Assembly: GCA_030596125.1 (NCBI GenBank)
Contig: JAUVKT010000004.1
Coordinates: 1-63,468 of the forward strand
Length of the DNA stretch: 63,468 nucleotides
From: Bacteroidales bacterium
GTDB taxonomy: Bacteria; Bacteroidota; Bacteroidia; Bacteroidales; VadinHA17
Direction: 5' to 3'
The first letter of the stretch is position 1. Every line of letters starts with the position of its first letter. The notes under the pieces are model-generated. The model searched no databases. It was not told the origin of the DNA and worked only from the letters and a program-made list of their open reading frames with translations. Below are positions 39,952 through 49,496 of this stretch, piece by piece. The translations under genes and the position numbers were made by a program.

Positions 39952-41372
39952 AGAGGAGTATTAATATATGGCGCAGTCTCGACTGGATCACAGTATTTAT
40001 ATATCTTACTATGATCTTTTTCGGCTGGATAAATATTTATGCAGCCGTTTATAACGAGGAGTTTAGTAGTATTTTTGATATCTCGCAGAGGTATGGTAAA
40101 CAGATTATATGGATTGGCGCTTCATTGGTAATAGCTGCTCTGGTTATTGGTATCGATAGCAGGTTTTACCTCTTCTTCTCATATCTGTTTTATATTGCTG
40201 TTATAGCAATGTTGGTACTGGTGCTCATTTTTGGTAAGGAGGTTAACGGAGCAAGATCATGGTTTGAGATTGGCGGCTTCAGCTTTCAACCTTCAGAATT
40301 TGCAAAATTTGTAACTGCTCTTGCTTTAGCCAGGTACCTTAGCGTGAAAGGAAGAACACTCAACTCTTATAAAACTATATTTACCTCTTCAGTAATTATT
40401 CTTACACCTGCGCTATTAATTGTTTTTCAGCCCGATATGGGATCAGCGCTTGTATATTTTGCCCTTGTGCTTGTGTTGTTCAGAGAGGGACTTTCTCCAT
40501 ACCTTTTTATTACAGGGATCCTTGCAATTCTTCTTTTCGTTGTTACTCTTATTGTTGACAATCTATATATATATTCCATACTCGTTATTCTGGCTATCCT
40601 GATTCATCTTATTATCTCTGGTAATCCCGGTTTAACACTTAAAGGCACTTTAATAATGGCGATTATCGGAGGTGCGGTCTTTTCAGTTTACAGGTGGGGA
40701 GTAGGCGCAATAAGGGTGGAGCAGATCTTTATTATTTCACTTCTTCTTGCCGTTGCAGCGTTTACTTATTATATATACCGTTTCAAGGCATACCTGATAT
40801 TGGTTATTTATGCCTTTCTCCTGGGAAGTATGCTTTTTATCTTTACGGTAGATTATTCCTTTAATAATATCCTTAAACCACATCAGCAAAGCAGGATAAA
40901 TGTTGTTCTTGGTATAGAGTCTGATCCCTCCGGATCGGGATACAATCTTAACCAGTCAAAAATATCGATCGGTTCAGGAGGTTTTACCGGGAAAGGGTTT
41001 TTACAGGGAACCCAGACCAAATTTAAATTTGTGCCTGAACAGAGTACCGATTTTATCTTCTGTACGGTTGGAGAAGAGTGGGGTTTTCTCGGAACATCAT
41101 TCGTTATACTGATGTTTGCATTTCTTTTTACCCGGCTTATTATCATTGCAGAACGGCAGCGATCATCCTTTTCAAGGATTTTTGGCTATGGGGTTGTTTC
41201 AATACTACTGTTTCATTTTGTTATTAATATTGGCATGACTATCGGATTGGTGCCTGTAATAGGTATCCCGCTGCCATTTTTTAGCTATGGGGGCTCATCA
41301 TTATGGGGTTTTACTCTATTGCTTTTTATCTTTCTGAGGCTCGATGCCAGCCGTAATGAGTATATGGTTTAG
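39948..41372 (+). CDS. rodA: Peptidoglycan glycosyltransferase RodA (SEDS family)
   Basis: FtsW/RodA/SpoVE-type 10-TM protein (QPSEFAKF, PEQSTDFIF). Its GTG start overlaps the mrdA stop (GTGA). Confidence 0.92.
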   Translation: MKRSINIWRSLDWITVFIYLTMIFFGWINIYAAVYNEEFSSIFDISQRYGKQIIWIGASLVIAALVIGIDSRFYLFFSYLFYIAVIAMLVLVLIFGKEVNGARSWFEIGGFSFQPSEFAKFVTALALARYLSVKGRTLNSYKTIFTSSVIILTPALLIVFQPDMGSALVYFALVLVLFREGLSPYLFITGILAILLFVVTLIVDNLYIYSILVILAILIHLIISGNPGLTLKGTLIMAIIGGAVFSVYRWGVGAIRVEQIFIISLLLAVAAFTYYIYRFKAYLILVIYAFLLGSMLFIFTVDYSFNNILKPHQQSRINVVLGIESDPSGSGYNLNQSKISIGSGGFTGKGFLQGTQTKFKFVPEQSTDFIFCTVGEEWGFLGTSFVILMFAFLFTRLIIIAERQRSSFSRIFGYGVVSILLFHFVINIGMTIGLVPVIGIPLPFFSYGGSSLWGFTLLLFIFLRLDASRNEYMV

Positions 41373-41980
41373 AATGGGATAGACAGACGGTGAGAAAGAT
41401 GGATCCCAAAATCGTTCTCAACATATTCAATCAACTGCGGAAAGAACTCCATAAAATCATCATCCAGAGAATAGTAGTTTTTCTTAAGTGTTTTGATAGC
41501 ATACCTCGATTCGTTGGGCAGGCTTGTCCGTTTACTTAAAGCCTTGAAAACAGAACGTAATCCATTGGTGGTTTTGTATGACTCCAGCCAGTTGTTTATA
41601 ATAAAAAAAGGGATTCTCTCTTTAACCTTGTCGGGTAAGATATGATGATTGTTAACCATAGCCCTGTAGAACTGGTAGATAATACTCTCAAGAGGCCTCC
41701 GGGAGTAAAAATCCCACTCTCTTGTGAGAAAGTGATCATACATGATATCAATTACCACGCCGGCATATTTATGGTACTTTTTGGTGAACAGGAGCTTACT
41801 GCGGTGTACTACCGGATGTTTGTCGGTGAACGCATCAATATTCCTGTGAATAATTATCCCTTTACGAATCTGTTCGGGATATTTCAGATAGTCCCGCCCC
41901 TTAACATAATCACCAATGTAATTGCCTATTATAATCTCATCAGAATCACCTGAAAGATATATGTGGGCGAGTACATTCAT
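41369..41980 (-). CDS. acpH: Acyl carrier protein phosphodiesterase
   Basis: MNVLAHIYLSG... N-terminus and ~200-aa length are typical of AcpH. Its stop overlaps the rodA stop (convergent TTTAG). Confidence 0.75.
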   Translation of the reverse strand: MNVLAHIYLSGDSDEIIIGNYIGDYVKGRDYLKYPEQIRKGIIIHRNIDAFTDKHPVVHRSKLLFTKKYHKYAGVVIDIMYDHFLTREWDFYSRRPLESIIYQFYRAMVNNHHILPDKVKERIPFFIINNWLESYKTTNGLRSVFKALSKRTSLPNESRYAIKTLKKNYYSLDDDFMEFFPQLIEYVENDFGIHLSHRLSIPF

Positions 41981-42228
41981 TTCCTTTTTAAGATTATTAC
42001 GTTGAAATTAACTATTTGTTTTGTTCCACCCTAATATTTTATTTAACATATTTTGCTGTAAGGGGAGTCTTATAGACAAGTTTCAGGTAAACAAGTATAT
42101 ACAAGCATTATGCCAGAAAGAAAAAAATGAGATAAATCAGAGGAATTTAAACAGTTAAATTATAGATTTGCTAATTCTTAATTAATTGAATCAAACACAT
42201 ATAAACATTACTTAGAAAGGAGATTATT

Positions 42229-43566
42229 ATGGCTAAAAAAAATGTCATTATTATCGGTGCTGCCGGTAGAGACTTTCACAATTTTAATACTTACTACAGA
42301 GATAACGAAAATTATAATGTGGTAGCTTTTACTGCTGCCCAGATTCCTGACATTGATGGCAGAAAATACCCTGCTGAATTGGCCGGAAGCCTTTACCCTG
42401 ACGGGATTCCTATTCATGCTGAAGAGGATTTGCCAAAACTGATCAAGGAGTTGAATGTTGATGATTGTACATTTTCATACAGCGATATAACATATGGGAA
42501 AGTGATGTCGGTTAGTGCTATTGTTAATGCTGCAGGCGCTAATTTTATTCTGCTGGGACCCGGTGATACCATGGTAAAAAGTACTAAGCCGGTTATTTCC
42601 GTTGGTGCAATTCGTACAGGTTGTGGTAAAAGTCAGACATCGCGCAGGGTTATTGAACTGCTTATGGAGAAAGGATTGAAAGTAGTTGCAGTAAGGCACC
42701 CCATGCCATATGGCAACCTGAATGCCCAGAAAGTACAGCGTTTTGCAGAGATTGATGATCTTGCCAAACATAAATGTACCATCGAAGAGATGGAAGAGTA
42801 TGAACCGCATGTTGTAAGAGGCAATGTAATTTATGCAGGAGTAGATTATGAAGCAATACTGCGTGCAGCAGAGGAAGACCCTAAAGGATGTGATGTGGTG
42901 CTGTGGGATGGTGGTAATAACGATTTTCCTTTCTACAAGTCCGATCTGACTATAACAGTAACAGACCCTCACAGGGCCGGACATGAACTGAGATATTATC
43001 CCGGTGAGGTAACATTAAGGCTGGCTGATGTTGTGATAATAAACAAGATGGATAGCGCTGCTCCTGAAGATATACAGACAGTCAGAGACAGCATACAAAA
43101 GGTTGCCCCCGATGCAATAGTTGTAGATGGCGCTTCTCCAATCAAGGTTGACGATCCTTCGGTTATTAAAGGTAAGAGAGTACTTGTAGTGGAGGATGGT
43201 CCCACTCTTACTCATGGGGAGATGAAGATTGGTGCCGGTGTTGTTGCCGCACGTAAATTCGGTGCAGCAGAACTGGTTGACCCAAGGCCGTTCACTGTTG
43301 GTAAAATGTCAGAAACATTTGAGATATATCCCAATATTGGCACTCTGTTACCTGCTATGGGTTATGGAAAACAGCAACTAAAAGACCTTGAAGCTACAAT
43401 AAACGGAGCCGATTGTGATGCTGTTGTTATTGGTACACCTATCGACCTGAACAGGATTATTAATATCAAAAAACCCAACACAAGGGTTTATTATGACCTT
43501 CAGGAAATAGGTAACCCTAACCTCGGTGAGATAATCGACGATTTTATTAAGAAATATAATTTGTAG
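42229..43566 (+). CDS. Predicted GTPase / cyclic 2,3-diphosphoglycerate synthetase-like protein (COG2403-type)
   Basis: 445 aa. The N-terminus VIIIGAAGRDFHNFN and a P-loop-like GAIRTGCGKSQTS resemble the family as I remember it. An unusual SD-like AGGAG lies 8 nt upstream of the ATG. Confidence 0.6.
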   Translation: MAKKNVIIIGAAGRDFHNFNTYYRDNENYNVVAFTAAQIPDIDGRKYPAELAGSLYPDGIPIHAEEDLPKLIKELNVDDCTFSYSDITYGKVMSVSAIVNAAGANFILLGPGDTMVKSTKPVISVGAIRTGCGKSQTSRRVIELLMEKGLKVVAVRHPMPYGNLNAQKVQRFAEIDDLAKHKCTIEEMEEYEPHVVRGNVIYAGVDYEAILRAAEEDPKGCDVVLWDGGNNDFPFYKSDLTITVTDPHRAGHELRYYPGEVTLRLADVVIINKMDSAAPEDIQTVRDSIQKVAPDAIVVDGASPIKVDDPSVIKGKRVLVVEDGPTLTHGEMKIGAGVVAARKFGAAELVDPRPFTVGKMSETFEIYPNIGTLLPAMGYGKQQLKDLEATINGADCDAVVIGTPIDLNRIINIKKPNTRVYYDLQEIGNPNLGEIIDDFIKKYNL

Positions 43567-43570
43567 ATAT

Positions 43571-44872
43571 TCAATACCCTTCTTTCCCAAGCAGTCTGAA
43601 CATATTTGACTTATAGGCTTCCACACCTGGTTGATCGAATGGATTAACACCAAGTTCATAACCGCTCGTAGCACATGATATCTCGAACAGATAGAGTAGC
43701 TGCCCGAGTACATGCTCATTAATCTCGGGCAGATCTATCTTTATAACAGGTACACCTCCTTTAACATGGGCCATTATAGTTCCTTCTTCTGCTTTTTTGT
43801 TAACATAAGAGACACTCTCGCCGGACAAAAAGTTGAGCTTATCAAGGTTTCTCTCATCTTTAGGTATTACAAGGTTCTTATTGCAATTGTCAACCGATAA
43901 TACCGTCTCAAAAATAATTCTCTGTCCATCCTGAATATATTGCCCAAGGGAGTGAAGATCTGTTGTAAAATCTGCTGATACCGGAAATATACCTCTCCCT
44001 TCCTTTCCTTCGCTCTCTCCAAAAAGTTGTTTCCACCACTCTGCGATAAAGTGAAGCTGTGGGTTGTAATTAACAAGCATTTCAATATTAAAATTTTTTC
44101 TTAACAGAAGGTTTCTTATCGCGGCATAAATTAATGCAGGGTTCTTAGCGCTGGTATCATTATCCCGAGTTACAGAAGCCATCTCAATAGTGCCGGATAT
44201 GAACTGTCTGATATCAATTCCTGCACATGCTATTGGGAGCAGACCTACAGGTGTGAGTGCCGAGAATCTTCCTCCTACATCATCAGGGATAACAAATGTT
44301 TCATAGCCCTCTTCTTCCGCAAGTGTTCTGAGTGCTCCTTTGTTCTTATCTGTTATTGCAACAATATGATCAATAGCCTCTTTTCTGCCAATATTTTCCT
44401 CTAAAAGTTTTTTCAGCAGACGAAAAGCTATAGCTGGTTCGGTGGTGGTCCCCGATTTTGAAATAACAATGATATTGAATGATACTCCCGACAGATAGTT
44501 TAACATGTTTGAGAGATAATCCTCTCCCAGATGATGTCCGGCAAACAGTATCTGATGTCCGTTAATTTTCCCATTATCAAACGGGTTGGTAAATGCATCA
44601 ATTACTGCTTTTGACCCGAGGTAAGAGCCGCCGATACCTATCACAACAGAAATGTTGGCGCTATTTCTAAGTCTGAGAGCTGCCTTTTCGATCTTGTTTG
44701 TTTCAATCATAACCTCATTCGGCAGGTTAAGCCATCCCAGGAAGTCATTCCCTTTTCCGCTTTTTGATTTTAGCCGGTTCAGGTGATTCATCCCATTTTC
44801 AGCAGCTATGAGAATATCTTTTTCGTTGATAAATTGAAGGCAGTCAGAATAATCAAGTTCAATGTTTTTCAT
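43571..44872 (-). CDS. pgi: Glucose-6-phosphate isomerase (short, ~430-aa type)
   Basis: GIGGSYLG and ISKSGTTTEP motifs, and the C-terminal PGI signature region GVNPFDQPGVE. Confidence 0.9.
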   Translation of the reverse strand: MKNIELDYSDCLQFINEKDILIAAENGMNHLNRLKSKSGKGNDFLGWLNLPNEVMIETNKIEKAALRLRNSANISVVIGIGGSYLGSKAVIDAFTNPFDNGKINGHQILFAGHHLGEDYLSNMLNYLSGVSFNIIVISKSGTTTEPAIAFRLLKKLLEENIGRKEAIDHIVAITDKNKGALRTLAEEEGYETFVIPDDVGGRFSALTPVGLLPIACAGIDIRQFISGTIEMASVTRDNDTSAKNPALIYAAIRNLLLRKNFNIEMLVNYNPQLHFIAEWWKQLFGESEGKEGRGIFPVSADFTTDLHSLGQYIQDGQRIIFETVLSVDNCNKNLVIPKDERNLDKLNFLSGESVSYVNKKAEEGTIMAHVKGGVPVIKIDLPEINEHVLGQLLYLFEISCATSGYELGVNPFDQPGVEAYKSNMFRLLGKEGY

Positions 44873-44966
44873 GTGTTAATAATTTATTTTCAATGGTCAC
44901 ATGCAGCTCGCAAGACAAAATTTAATCATGCTCGGTTCATGTTCGGTTCATCTCTGGTTTAATAAT

Positions 44967-45977
44967 CTATTTAAGAATTCGTGTGATCTTTTCAATTTCC
45001 CTGGCAGGGCTTGCATTTTTATAGAGAATATTATAGACTCCCTCAGCAATGGGGATCTTTACCTTCAGTTGCTTATTAATTGCGTTAATACAGTCTGAAG
45101 AGTAGTATCCCTCAGCTACCATAATCATCTCCATAAGAGCATATCTTACCGAAGTGCCTTTGCCGATCATATTCCCGAACATCCTGTTCCGGCTGTATCG
45201 GGAGTATGCTGTAACAAGCAGGTCTCCGAGGTAGGCAGAGTCATTTATTCGCCGACTGTTCTTATATATTGCCTGAATAAACCGTTTCATCTCTGTAACA
45301 GAGTTTGAAAGGAGAACGGCAAGGAAATTATCTCCATATCCCAGTCCGTGAGATATACCTGTTGCGATAGCATAAATATTTTTTAACACTGCAGCGTATT
45401 CGATCCCAAAAATATCATCCGAGATAATAGTTTTGAGATAATAATTATCCAGCATTCCTGCAACAATTTTGGCCCGGCTCTCAACTTTCGAAGCCACAGT
45501 CAGATATGTAAGTTTTTCCATGGCTATCTCTTCAGCATGAGTAGGTCCGGTAAGTATCACCATGTTATCGAAGGGAATGGAATAATTATAATGAAAAAAC
45601 TCACTTACGATCCTGTTTTCCTCCGGCACTATTCCCTTAATAGCCGAGCAGATTGTCTTGCCTGAAATGTCTGTAGTAAAATTCTCCATGCTGCTTTTCA
45701 GGAAGGCAGACGGAATTACAAAAATTAATATGTCAGACATTGAAACAGCATGGTTGATATCGTTGGTAAGAATCAGCTTATCGAGCCTGAAATCAACACT
45801 GCTAAGGTATTTTGGATTATGATTATGCTTTTGAATATGGTCAATGATTTCCGGTTCACGGATATACCAGGCGATTTTTTCTGTGTTCCGGCAAAGAAGT
45901 TTAACTATTCCGGTTGCCCAGCTTCCTGATCCGATAACAGTAATATTTGCCTCCATATTATTGATGCTTTCATGCAT
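44967..45977 (-). CDS. gpsA: NAD(P)H-dependent glycerol-3-phosphate dehydrogenase
   Basis: Rossmann motif VIGSGSWATG and a GpsA-type C-terminal domain. The true start may be the internal Met (MEANITVIGSG). Confidence 0.9.
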   Translation of the reverse strand: MHESINNMEANITVIGSGSWATGIVKLLCRNTEKIAWYIREPEIIDHIQKHNHNPKYLSSVDFRLDKLILTNDINHAVSMSDILIFVIPSAFLKSSMENFTTDISGKTICSAIKGIVPEENRIVSEFFHYNYSIPFDNMVILTGPTHAEEIAMEKLTYLTVASKVESRAKIVAGMLDNYYLKTIISDDIFGIEYAAVLKNIYAIATGISHGLGYGDNFLAVLLSNSVTEMKRFIQAIYKNSRRINDSAYLGDLLVTAYSRYSRNRMFGNMIGKGTSVRYALMEMIMVAEGYYSSDCINAINKQLKVKIPIAEGVYNILYKNASPAREIEKITRILK

Positions 45978-45990
45978 TTTGGCAAAGGTA

Positions 45991-46027
45991 ACAAAAAAAG
46001 CTGTGGACGAATTACGCCCACAGCTTT
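45991..46027 (-). terminator. Intrinsic terminator after the DUF2807-like gene
   Basis: The minus strand reads AAAGCTGTGG-11 nt-CCACAGCTTT followed by a short T-run. It is a perfect 10-bp stem starting 29 nt after the stop at 46057. Confidence 0.7.
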
Positions 46028-46056
46028 ACGAAACAACTGGAGTATATATGGGATAT

Positions 46057-46779
46057 CTATTTCCTTACAACGTCACCTGCACTTGATGATCGTGCATCAA
46101 CCTTGTCGGGATTACCCATGTAGTATATATCGCCTGCACTGCTGGCTCGTGCTTTGAGCCTTTCAGTAACAGTAATTTTTACGTCACCTGCACTTGAAGC
46201 GGAAATGTCAGCCTCTTTAACTGTTAGCTCATATGCTTTAATGTCACCTGCGCTGCTGGTGCTTGCCTCAAGGTAATCAGCTTCACCCGAAAGAGTAATA
46301 TCACCTGAACTGGAGGTGCTCAAATCCAACGATTTGGCATATACCTCAAGTTTGACATCACCCGCGCTGCTTGTGGATATTTTCAGATGATCTGTTCTGA
46401 CAGGGGTCTGACCATAAACATCACCGGCACTTGAAGCCTTTATGTAGTTGATCTCTTTCATGGTAACATGAACAATTCTCTTTTTCGCCCAGGTAATATT
46501 TACGCGGTCAAAATAAACATTCAGGACGTCATCCTTAACCTCTGTAACGATATGTTCAATCAGATTATCGTCTGCTTCTACCACAACTTCAAATTTGTCA
46601 CCCTGAGTAAGGTAAATATCAATAGCTGTAGATGTTTTAACACCGGTAAAGTTTTTTATATTACGGGTCTCTGATGTAATATCCCCGCTACCTTTCACTC
46701 TCTCTCTCCTCTGTGCATCAACAGTTGTTACTGTCCCGAGGCAGATCAGCGCAACAAATAAAATTTTCAGGCTTTTCAT
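46057..46779 (-). CDS. Secreted DUF2807-like protein (putative adhesin head 'GIN' repeat)
   Basis: Signal peptide, then periodic SSAGD(V/I) repeats every ~18-20 residues (beta-helix-like). Confidence 0.7.
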   Translation of the reverse strand: MKSLKILFVALICLGTVTTVDAQRRERVKGSGDITSETRNIKNFTGVKTSTAIDIYLTQGDKFEVVVEADDNLIEHIVTEVKDDVLNVYFDRVNITWAKKRIVHVTMKEINYIKASSAGDVYGQTPVRTDHLKISTSSAGDVKLEVYAKSLDLSTSSSGDITLSGEADYLEASTSSAGDIKAYELTVKEADISASSAGDVKITVTERLKARASSAGDIYYMGNPDKVDARSSSAGDVVRK

Positions 46780-46885
46780 TTTTTTAATTTTAAGTTTAAC
46801 ATTCTATCTAAAGACAGTTTAGAAATAGGAATGATGCATATTAACAGAAGTAATTAAAGAGAGGCTGCCTCAAAGTTGTATCAGA

Positions 46886-47037
46886 TGTCATTTCGAATCC
46901 CGGTATTCCCGGGTGAGAAATCTAACTATTTGATAATCAGGAATGACAAATTTCCAATATCCGGCACGGATCCAGCCTTCGCAAAGCTTCGGCCGGCAGT
47001 GCTGGAGATCCGCGCCAGCGAAGTGAGTCAGATCCGT
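46886..47037. other. Structured GC-rich element in a 443-bp gene-free gap (possible ncRNA or degenerate REP-like element)
   Basis: Two nested structures. TGTCATTTC (46886-94) pairs with GGAATGACA (46940-48) and encloses the CCCGG/CCGGG hairpin. ACGGATC (46966-72) pairs with GATCCGT (47031-37) and encloses CTTCGC/GCGAAG (46977-82 / 47018-23). Confidence 0.3.
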
Positions 47038-47222
47038 ATCAGCAAAGTAATTGTTATATGGTCATTACTATATAATCATCAATTATCAGATCATACTTGA
47101 CTTGTGTTAGTTAATACCGTATCTTTAATAGACCGTGAAATGAGCATGAAAATCAGAAAGTAAATTTTAAGCAGATAAACCAATAGACATAATATTACTA
47201 ACAATTCAGGGAGGATATAAAA

Positions 47223-48644
47223 ATGGTACAAAAAAAATTATACCTGGTTATTTTAGCTTTGCTGATACCCCTTTCAGGCTGGTCGCAAGGCAATGAGATT
47301 CAAATTACTACCTCTTCGGAGGAGGCAAGGGAAATGTTTATTGCCGGGAGACAAAAAAAGGAGAATGTACAGGCGGAAGCAGCCACGAACCTTTTTGACC
47401 GTGCAATTGAAATTGATCCCGAGTTTGCACTTGCATATCTGTACAGAGGCAGACCTCAGGATATTGATAAAGCCAATGTGCTGATCGATAATGTCTCGGA
47501 AGGAGAGAAGATCGAAATACAATATTTTACTGCCATTGAGTCTTTCGAACTGAAGAAAGCTAAAGAGTACCTTGATCAGCTATTGGAGGAGTATCCATCC
47601 GATAAGCATGTACACCTCTGGGCAGGTCTTTTTTATGAAAATATTCTGCAAAATTACCAGCTGGCACTTGATCATTTCCATATAGCTTCAAAGCTTGATG
47701 AGAAATATGCTGCTCCACATAACGAGACAGGGTACAGATATATGCGTCTGGGAGATTATGAGAGGGCTGAAGCCTCTTTCAGGAAATATATAAGCCTGGC
47801 CCCGGATTGTCCGAATGCATTTGATTCGTATGCCAATTTTCTTATGATGCTTCAGCGTTATGACGAATCAATTGAACAATATAAAGAGGTTTATAATCTT
47901 AATCCCGATAATCCTGTTACGATCGCAAGGATTGGACAGAATTATGCTTTCAGGGGTGAGTATGACGAGGCAAGGACATACTATAAGAGATATTCTGAAA
48001 TTACTGATAGCCCGGGGCCTAAGGTTGCAGCGCTTGATCTTGAAGCTGCCTCCTATGTTGCTGAGGGTAACATTGATGCTGCTATGAAATGTATGGAGGA
48101 TTATTGCAATTTTGGCAGGAATACGGGGAGAAATATTGATATTGTAACAGGCACTGCGAATATGGGTTTTATTTCACTGGAACTTGGAGATCCTGAGAAT
48201 GGACTGAATTATTATCATGAAGCTGCAGATATGGTGGCAAGCTTTAACTTACCTGACGCTACGCGGAAAAGATACCGGTTATTATTACTTGGCTGGTTAT
48301 CAATTGCAAATGCGGCTAATAATAATTTAGAGGAGGCAGATGCCTACCTTACAAAAGCAAGGGTATTAATGGAGTTAACCAATAACCCTGCACTCAGAGG
48401 TAATTATATGTTTTTTTGCGGCTACGTTGATATTGCAAAAGGAAACTATACAGATGCTATCGATAATCTCCTGGGAAGCAATCAGGATGAACCGTTTAAT
48501 GTATATTTATTAGCACTTGCTTATGAAAAGGCAGGTGAGTCGGAGGAGGCTGAAGACCTGTTTGACAAACTCAGGTCGTGGGAGAACTTTGGATTGAATT
48601 ATGCTGTTGCAAGGGTTAAAGCACTTGAGAAACTGGCTGATTGA
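47223..48644 (+). CDS. Secreted tetratricopeptide-repeat (TPR) protein
   Basis: Signal peptide, then repeated TPR-like A..Y...G.y..A...f...l.l.P units. Confidence 0.8.
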   Translation: MVQKKLYLVILALLIPLSGWSQGNEIQITTSSEEAREMFIAGRQKKENVQAEAATNLFDRAIEIDPEFALAYLYRGRPQDIDKANVLIDNVSEGEKIEIQYFTAIESFELKKAKEYLDQLLEEYPSDKHVHLWAGLFYENILQNYQLALDHFHIASKLDEKYAAPHNETGYRYMRLGDYERAEASFRKYISLAPDCPNAFDSYANFLMMLQRYDESIEQYKEVYNLNPDNPVTIARIGQNYAFRGEYDEARTYYKRYSEITDSPGPKVAALDLEAASYVAEGNIDAAMKCMEDYCNFGRNTGRNIDIVTGTANMGFISLELGDPENGLNYYHEAADMVASFNLPDATRKRYRLLLLGWLSIANAANNNLEEADAYLTKARVLMELTNNPALRGNYMFFCGYVDIAKGNYTDAIDNLLGSNQDEPFNVYLLALAYEKAGESEEAEDLFDKLRSWENFGLNYAVARVKALEKLAD

Positions 48645-48705
48645 TCTTTTTTAGTTTTTACAGGAATGATATCTTTATACCGATAATTGGTATAATACAG
48701 TACGT

Positions 48706-49437
48706 ATGAGTTATTCTTTTTCCTGGGATCCTCTTTTTTTCGAACCTGTTGTTATTCTGAGTGTGGTATTATTCGGGCTTGTGACATATCATCTGTTAAT
48801 TTATTCAGACAGGTTAAAGAGTAAGTTTATTGACTTTTTCGGAGAGGAAAGGTCAGAAGTAGAATGGATAATGTTCTGGCGCTATGCAGGGGTCTTCTTT
48901 TTCGCTGTTATTCCGCTGATTGTTATTATTACCCTTATGCCTCAGGGTATCTCTTATTATGGTATAAAATTTATCAATATATCCGAATCGGCTTTGTGGA
49001 TAATTGGTATTGGCTTGGTTATTATACCGATACAGTCGAAGAGTGCCCGGTCGGAAGCTAATAGAAAACTGCATCCCCGCATCAGGGTAAAGGAATGGAA
49101 CAGAGCGCTTGTATTAAAAAACTCTTTTGGCTGGTTTATTTATCTCCTCTCATATGAGTTTCTTTTCAGGGGATTACTGCTATTCGGGCTGATTCCTTTT
49201 TTTGGTGTTTGGCCGGCAGTTTTGATAAACATCCTGATCTATTCACTTGTACATATTCCAAATGGATACAGGGAAGCAATTGCAGCCATCCCGTTTGGTC
49301 TTATACTTTGTATCCTTACTATTCGTACAGAAACAATATGGATAGCCTTTTTCGTGCATCTGATCCTTGCCCTTTCGAACGACTGTTTCGCATTAACCGG
49401 GAACGATTTCTTTAAATTCAGAACTAAAAGAAATTAG
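48706..49437 (+). CDS. CPBP-family intramembrane glutamic endopeptidase (CAAX protease-like)
   Basis: YEFLFRG (EExxxR-type motif 1) and LVHIPNG (H motif) in a polytopic membrane protein. Confidence 0.8.
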   Translation: MSYSFSWDPLFFEPVVILSVVLFGLVTYHLLIYSDRLKSKFIDFFGEERSEVEWIMFWRYAGVFFFAVIPLIVIITLMPQGISYYGIKFINISESALWIIGIGLVIIPIQSKSARSEANRKLHPRIRVKEWNRALVLKNSFGWFIYLLSYEFLFRGLLLFGLIPFFGVWPAVLINILIYSLVHIPNGYREAIAAIPFGLILCILTIRTETIWIAFFVHLILALSNDCFALTGNDFFKFRTKRN

Positions 49438-49466
49438 AAGGAGCATTGTATAAGAGCTCCTTCTAA
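49434..49466. terminator. Hairpin TTAGAAGGAGC-11 nt-GCTCCTTCTAA between convergent genes
   Basis: Perfect 11-bp stem overlapping the CPBP stop codon. The U-rich tail exists only on the minus strand (AAUUUCUUUUAG), so it more likely serves trpB2. Confidence 0.5.
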
Positions 49467-49496
49467 AAACCTATATTAATAGAAAGCGCAACAATA

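Noticed and set aside
46892-46914. TTCGAATCCCGG... resembling a tRNA T-arm, which might indicate a tRNA gene
   Set aside because: Only the T-loop, the 3' T-stem strand and an acceptor-like 3' strand are present. There is no complementary 5' T-stem strand, D-arm or anticodon arm upstream. At most it is a tRNA or att remnant.
46876-47100. 74-aa ORF in the 443-bp intergenic gap
   Set aside because: It runs straight through the GC-rich hairpins, has no promoter or start context and no recognisable protein features. The region is better explained as structured non-coding DNA or RNA.
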